A stretch of 64,000 bases of DNA from Alphaproteobacteria bacterium (GTDB lineage: Bacteria; Pseudomonadota; Alphaproteobacteria; JAJTHO01; CANGYM01): NCBI GenBank assembly GCA_044371315.1, contig JBILTX010000001.1:1907-65906 (forward strand). The letters run 5' to 3'. Both the position numbers and the translations under genes were made by a program. This document shows positions 59,506 to 64,000 of the stretch, piece after piece. Every line of letters starts with the position of its first letter. Within the stretch, counting starts at the first letter, position 1. Under the pieces are notes generated by a model. That model saw only the letters and a program-made list of their open reading frames with translations. It made no database searches and was not told the DNA's origin.

Positions 59506-61205
59506 TCAGTCGCTTGATAGACAGGGGCTCCACTTTCAATCAGATCCCCCAGACTGGCACAGGCATTTTGCAAAATCACCTGTTCGGTGTTGACGTTGGT
59601 CATGACCAGATTGTACATGGACAGTCCGATCAGGACGTTCATTTGGCTCATCACCGAACCTTCGGCCAAGGAAGAGGCCTGTAACAGGGCGATGGAGGGG
59701 CAGAGTTCTTTGCCGCTTTTTGTGTCATAAAATTGGACTTTTTCGCATCGTTTTGGGTTCCCAGTGCCGGTGAACAATTCCTGAAACATTTTGGCGGGAA
59801 TTTGTTGTTTGCTGATGGCCGCGGCGGCGCAGCGGGATTTGAGCTGGCCTAGAAACAGACGTTTATTCGCCTCTTCGATCTGTTTGCATTTGGTGGTGCT
59901 GTTGTTGGCCATTTTGGGGTTGCATCTCAGCATGCTGAGCAAAAACTTTGCAATATCTGCGGTGTTTAGCGTTTGGTTGGGTGGTAGATTGGTTGTCCCC
60001 GCCAACGGGGTGTCTTTGGATAACGGGCCGGTTCGGAAAGAGTCTTCTGTCGCTCCCGCGACATCACCGAGCTGCGCTAAGACATTAGGGAAATCTGTTC
60101 TTGTCCCCATGGCCTCAAGGACGGGGAGACCAAACAGTCCTGCAAAATCATAGAACATACTTTTCAATGATCCTGCTGGTCCGGTGACTTCATCAGACAA
60201 TGCAAATCCCCCTTTGAGCAAACCACTACCAATTAAAAATCCTTGGACGGATCGGATGTAGGTCGTTAGTTGGCCCGCATCGAAGCCTTGGCCGCCCCCG
60301 AATGTCCCCACCAATGTAAAAATAGCCCCCCCGATTTGACCAATTTGCCCTATGTTTTTGGTGATGTCTGGGGAGAGGGCAATCCCAAATTTCCCCAATA
60401 CATCGGGAAGGTTTGTGAGGAAATTGAGACCCGATTGTGCGCAATTCAGGCCTCCGCCCTGACAGTTCCCTTGCAGACCTTGGAGGGCATAGTACGTATC
60501 GCCCAAATTCTCGCTCAGGTCTCGTACTTGTCTGGTAAACTTGGCAATATTGCCGAGGGGGTCGGATGGTTTCGCGATCAATGAGTCTTTCAGCGTGTAT
60601 CCTAGGGTGGCATTGGTGGAGGCAGATGGATCAAAGGCCCCGCTAAAGTCACCGGCAGGAGCAGGTACGTCAACGAGGGCGGGGGCAGAGGGATCAAAGG
60701 GATTAGGAGGCGTAGCCGTTCCCTGAGTAGGGGCCGGCGTCCCCGCCGGCGTAGAGGTAGCCGGTGTCGCCGCCGGAGCAGGGGTGCCAGATGTCGCCGG
60801 CGTAGTAGCCGGAGCAGCAGCGGCATTCACCTTTGCTGCCGCCGCTGGGCCTTCTCTTATGGCGTTATATGCAATGGAATCGCTGGTATAGGCGGCGTAC
60901 AATGAACTGGAAAATTCAGCCAAAATTGTGTCAGTGGTGGGGATGTCTTTTGCTTCCGCTGGGGCTTGGTATTTAATAGCCCCCAGAATCTTAGTTAGGG
61001 TTTCGTTTGTTGTTTTTTGGGCATTGTTCAGCTCAAGAAGCTTAATATTGAGATTGGCCAATGCAATGACTTGGCTCGTCAAAAGTGTCTGCGCCTTTGT
61101 ATCAGACACCATCACCACGGGCAGGGCAGAGGCCCCGTAAACGGGCATCAGCACCATTTGCAGCACCATCACATAGCATAACGTCCGTCGAAAGAGGGAA
61201 AGCAT
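59502..61205 (-). CDS. secreted protein (567 aa) with a coiled-coil N-domain, Pro/Ala/Thr low-complexity linker, and Gly-rich/Cys-containing C-terminal part
   Basis: Signal peptide, a heptad-like segment (QVIALANLNIKLLELNNAQKTTNETLTKILGAIKYQ), the AAAAPATTPATSGTPAPAATPATSTPAGTPAP linker, and GQIGQIGGAIFTLVGTFGGGQGF. Confidence 0.6.
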   Translation of the reverse strand: MLSLFRRTLCYVMVLQMVLMPVYGASALPVVMVSDTKAQTLLTSQVIALANLNIKLLELNNAQKTTNETLTKILGAIKYQAPAEAKDIPTTDTILAEFSSSLYAAYTSDSIAYNAIREGPAAAAKVNAAAAPATTPATSGTPAPAATPATSTPAGTPAPTQGTATPPNPFDPSAPALVDVPAPAGDFSGAFDPSASTNATLGYTLKDSLIAKPSDPLGNIAKFTRQVRDLSENLGDTYYALQGLQGNCQGGGLNCAQSGLNFLTNLPDVLGKFGIALSPDITKNIGQIGQIGGAIFTLVGTFGGGQGFDAGQLTTYIRSVQGFLIGSGLLKGGFALSDEVTGPAGSLKSMFYDFAGLFGLPVLEAMGTRTDFPNVLAQLGDVAGATEDSFRTGPLSKDTPLAGTTNLPPNQTLNTADIAKFLLSMLRCNPKMANNSTTKCKQIEEANKRLFLGQLKSRCAAAAISKQQIPAKMFQELFTGTGNPKRCEKVQFYDTKSGKELCPSIALLQASSLAEGSVMSQMNVLIGLSMYNLVMTNVNTEQVILQNACASLGDLIESGAPVYQATD

Positions 61206-61254
61206 AGGTCACGCCCCAGAAACTTTTAAGAGTTTATTTAAAATTTATCATACC

Positions 61255-63705
61255 TTAAGAATCGCTGTCAAGGTAGATGTTCAGCCAGTCGGATTGATAA
61301 TTGTGCATTAACCGCTCAGCCAACGCGCGGGAGGGTTCATCGGAATAATAAATCCGCATCAATCGGCCCAGCGGGGACAGGTCCGTGTCCAGAATGATGG
61401 ATTCCCCGCTGGCGCGTTTCATCAACACAGAGCGTTTCAGTTTTTTGGCGGCGGGCAGTTTGCCGCTGATGTATAGCCATTCCCGCTCGGTTAATCCCCA
61501 GTCCTGATATTCCCGCGCTTGGCCTTGGGGGTTGGGAAAGAAAAATGTGGTTTGCGCTTGGCCACGGATGGCCTCGCCCAGGCCGGCTTGGGTGATGGCC
61601 TCGGGCCGCTGGAATGCCGAAATGACGGCGCCGCGGCGTTTTCGATATTCCTGCAACATCTGCAAAAAATAATTCCGGAAAATGGGGTGTTTCACCACGG
61701 GTTCCGTTTCGTCAATGAAAATCAGGGCAGGGGCCTTTAATTCGGAAATCGTATCCTGAATCCGGTGCATCAGATACAAAATCACGGCCCGCGCCAAATC
61801 ATCGTGTTCATACAACCGCGTAAAATCCAGCGCCACAATGCGGGATGTTTTTAAATCTAGGGTGTCCTGCTTGGCATTAAAAATCTTTCCATAAACGGCG
61901 GGGTCCACCCATTTATGAAGATTTTTTCGCACCATGCCGCCTTTGCTGTACACCGCATCATAAATGTTGGCCAGCGATCGGCGTTCGTGTGGCAGGCCCG
62001 GTGTGTCATATGCGGCCTCAATAGAAAACCCAATTTCCTCGATGGCATCGGCGTCTTGGCATTCTGAAATGGCCTGCAAAAAGGCCCTGAGAAACGATCG
62101 GTTCGATGGATTATCTTTCAGCTGAAACGGATTCATGGACGATTGAATCCCGGGGATGTTGGATCCCTCAAAGGTCACATAACTGCCCGAGGTCGCGCAG
62201 GTAAACAGGTATCCCCCCCCGTGCCGATCCACCATATAATAGCGCAGATCTTCATGCCGCATGGCCATGCCCGCCAGAAAGTTGATCAGCGTGGTTTTTC
62301 CCCCTCCGGTGGGGCCAATGCTGACGGCGTGGGCGACGGCGGCTTTTTCCTCAGAAATATGAAACTGAAAGGCATAGGGTGTGCCAGAAATGGTCCGAAA
62401 GTTGGCGATGGCCCCCTTGCCCCAATCCGAGGAGCTCAGGCCCGGAGATGGCCGCTCAAACGTCAAATGTGTGGCAATGTTTTTGGAAAACAGTTTATAG
62501 GGGCGCGGCCATAATTTAAAACTGGGGAATTGCAAAAACCAGCTGGCTTGGGCGACGGCGCCCTCTCGCACCACAGAAATGCCGTAAGTGCTGGCGATGC
62601 GCTTGACTTCGGCTTCGGTGGCTTCCATTTCGTCTACGGTTTTGCCATAGCAAAACACCATCATCATGTATTGTGACAACACGTTGGTGCCGCCGGTGTT
62701 GCCCTCCACCGCATCCAGCGCGGTTTCAAACTGGGCGGCGGTGCCGGGACTGAACCGTTGGGCCAGTGACAGTTTGTATTGGTGGGTGATATGGATGGCG
62801 GCCTTGGTTTTGGTCCAAGGTTCAATGATGTGGGAAACAATAATTTCCCCGTGAACGGTGTTTAGCGAATTGACATAGGCTTCGTACGTAAAATCCCCCA
62901 ACGCCCGCAGACCCACGCAGCAGGCATAGAGTTTTTTATGGCCGGATGTAAAGGTAATGCCCCCATCATCCCCCCCAAATTCCACCTGATCGCCGCAAAT
63001 GGCATCCGATGCCCCATCCCCCACGCCCCCAGGCACGGGTTGAGAAATCGGGCTGACAATCCGCGAAAATACATAAAGGGGACGCATTTTCACATCGGGA
63101 TGGCCCTGCTTCATGACCACGGGCCCATATTTATGCAAAATGTTGCTGGTGATATCGATAACGGAATTGAGTTTTTTTTGGGATGTTTGATCTTTATCGG
63201 GCAAAGAAAAAACAACAAACTGGCGGTTGCTATAGGCGCGGGCAAAGGTGCCGTTCCAACGTCTGGCAATTTCCCGCAAAACAGGGTTGGCGTGGGTGGT
63301 GGGGGGGGCGACGTCCACCCGCTCGCGGATGGTAAAGGCCCGAATGGTGACATGATAATCCTGCAGGGCATCGATCCAATCCTTTCGCGCCAGCAGCAGC
63401 ATTTCCCGATCATGGTCACTCATGAACGTATCATCAAAACCCATCATTTCCACACATTGCGCCAAATCCCCATTTTTACAGGCGATGGTTTTCCCGTCGC
63501 TGAGCACCTTTTCAAAAGGCAAAACATCCGCCAGACGATCTTCTTTGGGATAGGGCAGCAAAATGCGGGCCGTGGTGGGAATCAAAATGGCCGCAAAGGC
63601 CACCCCTGCGGCAATAACCCCCAGCAGGGTCAAAAGAATGGAAGTCAGGCTGAAGTTTTCGGAAAACGCCGCCAACACATCGGGGGATAACGACTCAGGG
63701 AACAT
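61255..63705 (-). CDS. VirB4/TrbE/TraC-family type IV secretion ATPase (816 aa)
   Basis: Walker A GPTGGGKTT, Walker B ALIFIDE, and the C-terminal VirB4 blocks ISAFQRPEAI and QTTFFFPNPQ. Hydrophobic N-terminal segment. Confidence 0.9.
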   Translation of the reverse strand: MFPESLSPDVLAAFSENFSLTSILLTLLGVIAAGVAFAAILIPTTARILLPYPKEDRLADVLPFEKVLSDGKTIACKNGDLAQCVEMMGFDDTFMSDHDREMLLLARKDWIDALQDYHVTIRAFTIRERVDVAPPTTHANPVLREIARRWNGTFARAYSNRQFVVFSLPDKDQTSQKKLNSVIDITSNILHKYGPVVMKQGHPDVKMRPLYVFSRIVSPISQPVPGGVGDGASDAICGDQVEFGGDDGGITFTSGHKKLYACCVGLRALGDFTYEAYVNSLNTVHGEIIVSHIIEPWTKTKAAIHITHQYKLSLAQRFSPGTAAQFETALDAVEGNTGGTNVLSQYMMMVFCYGKTVDEMEATEAEVKRIASTYGISVVREGAVAQASWFLQFPSFKLWPRPYKLFSKNIATHLTFERPSPGLSSSDWGKGAIANFRTISGTPYAFQFHISEEKAAVAHAVSIGPTGGGKTTLINFLAGMAMRHEDLRYYMVDRHGGGYLFTCATSGSYVTFEGSNIPGIQSSMNPFQLKDNPSNRSFLRAFLQAISECQDADAIEEIGFSIEAAYDTPGLPHERRSLANIYDAVYSKGGMVRKNLHKWVDPAVYGKIFNAKQDTLDLKTSRIVALDFTRLYEHDDLARAVILYLMHRIQDTISELKAPALIFIDETEPVVKHPIFRNYFLQMLQEYRKRRGAVISAFQRPEAITQAGLGEAIRGQAQTTFFFPNPQGQAREYQDWGLTEREWLYISGKLPAAKKLKRSVLMKRASGESIILDTDLSPLGRLMRIYYSDEPSRALAERLMHNYQSDWLNIYLDSDS

Positions 63706-63991
63706 ATTTTCGGGTTCCGGGCTTTCCCTTAATCAAATTGCGCGTGGATCGCTTGCTATAGGCCCATGCGGGGAGCAGGGTCGCCATATGGGGTTCCTTG
63801 GCCCCTTGCGCCGCCAAAACCATATGGAAAAAAATCAAAGAAATGATGATCAACAGGGGGCTGACCTTAAACAATCCCCATGCATACACAATACCCAAGG
63901 CATGAAAGCCCATATTGATAATGGCGGGCATCATCGGTGCCCAAAACAGTGTGGCCGGACTGGCAACAGCGCGCATGACTTTTTCTGGCAT
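63695..63991 (-). CDS. VirB3/TrbD-like small inner-membrane protein
   Basis: 98 aa with two hydrophobic helices and an RAVASPATLFWAP N-terminus. It overlaps the VirB4-like gene by 11 bp, the typical virB3-virB4 coupling. The start is close to the window edge. Confidence 0.55.
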   Translation of the reverse strand: MPEKVMRAVASPATLFWAPMMPAIINMGFHALGIVYAWGLFKVSPLLIIISLIFFHMVLAAQGAKEPHMATLLPAWAYSKRSTRNLIKGKPGTRKYVP

Positions 63992-64000
63992 GGGGCCCCT

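Noticed and set aside
62938-63690. 250-aa plus-strand ORF inside the VirB4-like gene
   Set aside because: It is antisense to a gene with Walker A/B and VirB4 C-terminal motifs.

Overview
The window is a 64 kb chromosomal segment from an alphaproteobacterium, at roughly 50-55% GC, with local low-GC patches. It is densely packed with housekeeping genes on both strands, and many adjacent genes overlap by 1-4 bp (ATGA/TGATG start-stop coupling).

Recognised content, in order: CCA tRNA nucleotidyltransferase, a MoxR ATPase, a lone large flagellin gene with a sigma-54-type promoter and a REP-like hairpin terminator array, a Met/Cys PLP enzyme, class II DAHP synthase, IspB, and two divergent tRNA-Leu genes. 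Then RsmB, Rpe, a CDF transporter, MetF, MlaA/MlaC, a histidine kinase, a Crp-family regulator, Der, LspA, IleS and RibF. Then a YfgM-like protein with BamB, Nth, and a cytochrome c oxidase locus that is split across both strands (coxB-ctaD-MAPEG-ctaB on the minus strand, followed downstream by an orphan E2 acyltransferase and nth; ctaG separate; coxC-DUF983-surf1 on the plus strand), with ppi, rpsD, ogt, an orphan nuoI and an RNA methyltransferase in between. After tRNA-Ser come ispH-thrB-rnhA-ampG, thrC, ndk and lptF-lptG-lptD.

The strongest candidates for novel biology are:
- A minus-strand operon at the 3' end (56.7-64.0 kb) encoding VirB3-like and VirB4-like type IV secretion proteins followed by three large secreted proteins with no recognisable T4SS identity. 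One is Cys-rich, one has a coiled-coil head and a Pro/Ala/Thr-rich linker.
- A 1.1 kb low-GC two-gene islet inserted directly 3' of tRNA-Ser.
- A tandem pair of paralogous membrane proteins next to a large polytopic membrane protein that abuts tRNA-Leu and a duplicated att-like 16-mer.
- A perfect CRP-consensus palindrome and unusual repeat motifs around the orphan flagellin gene.
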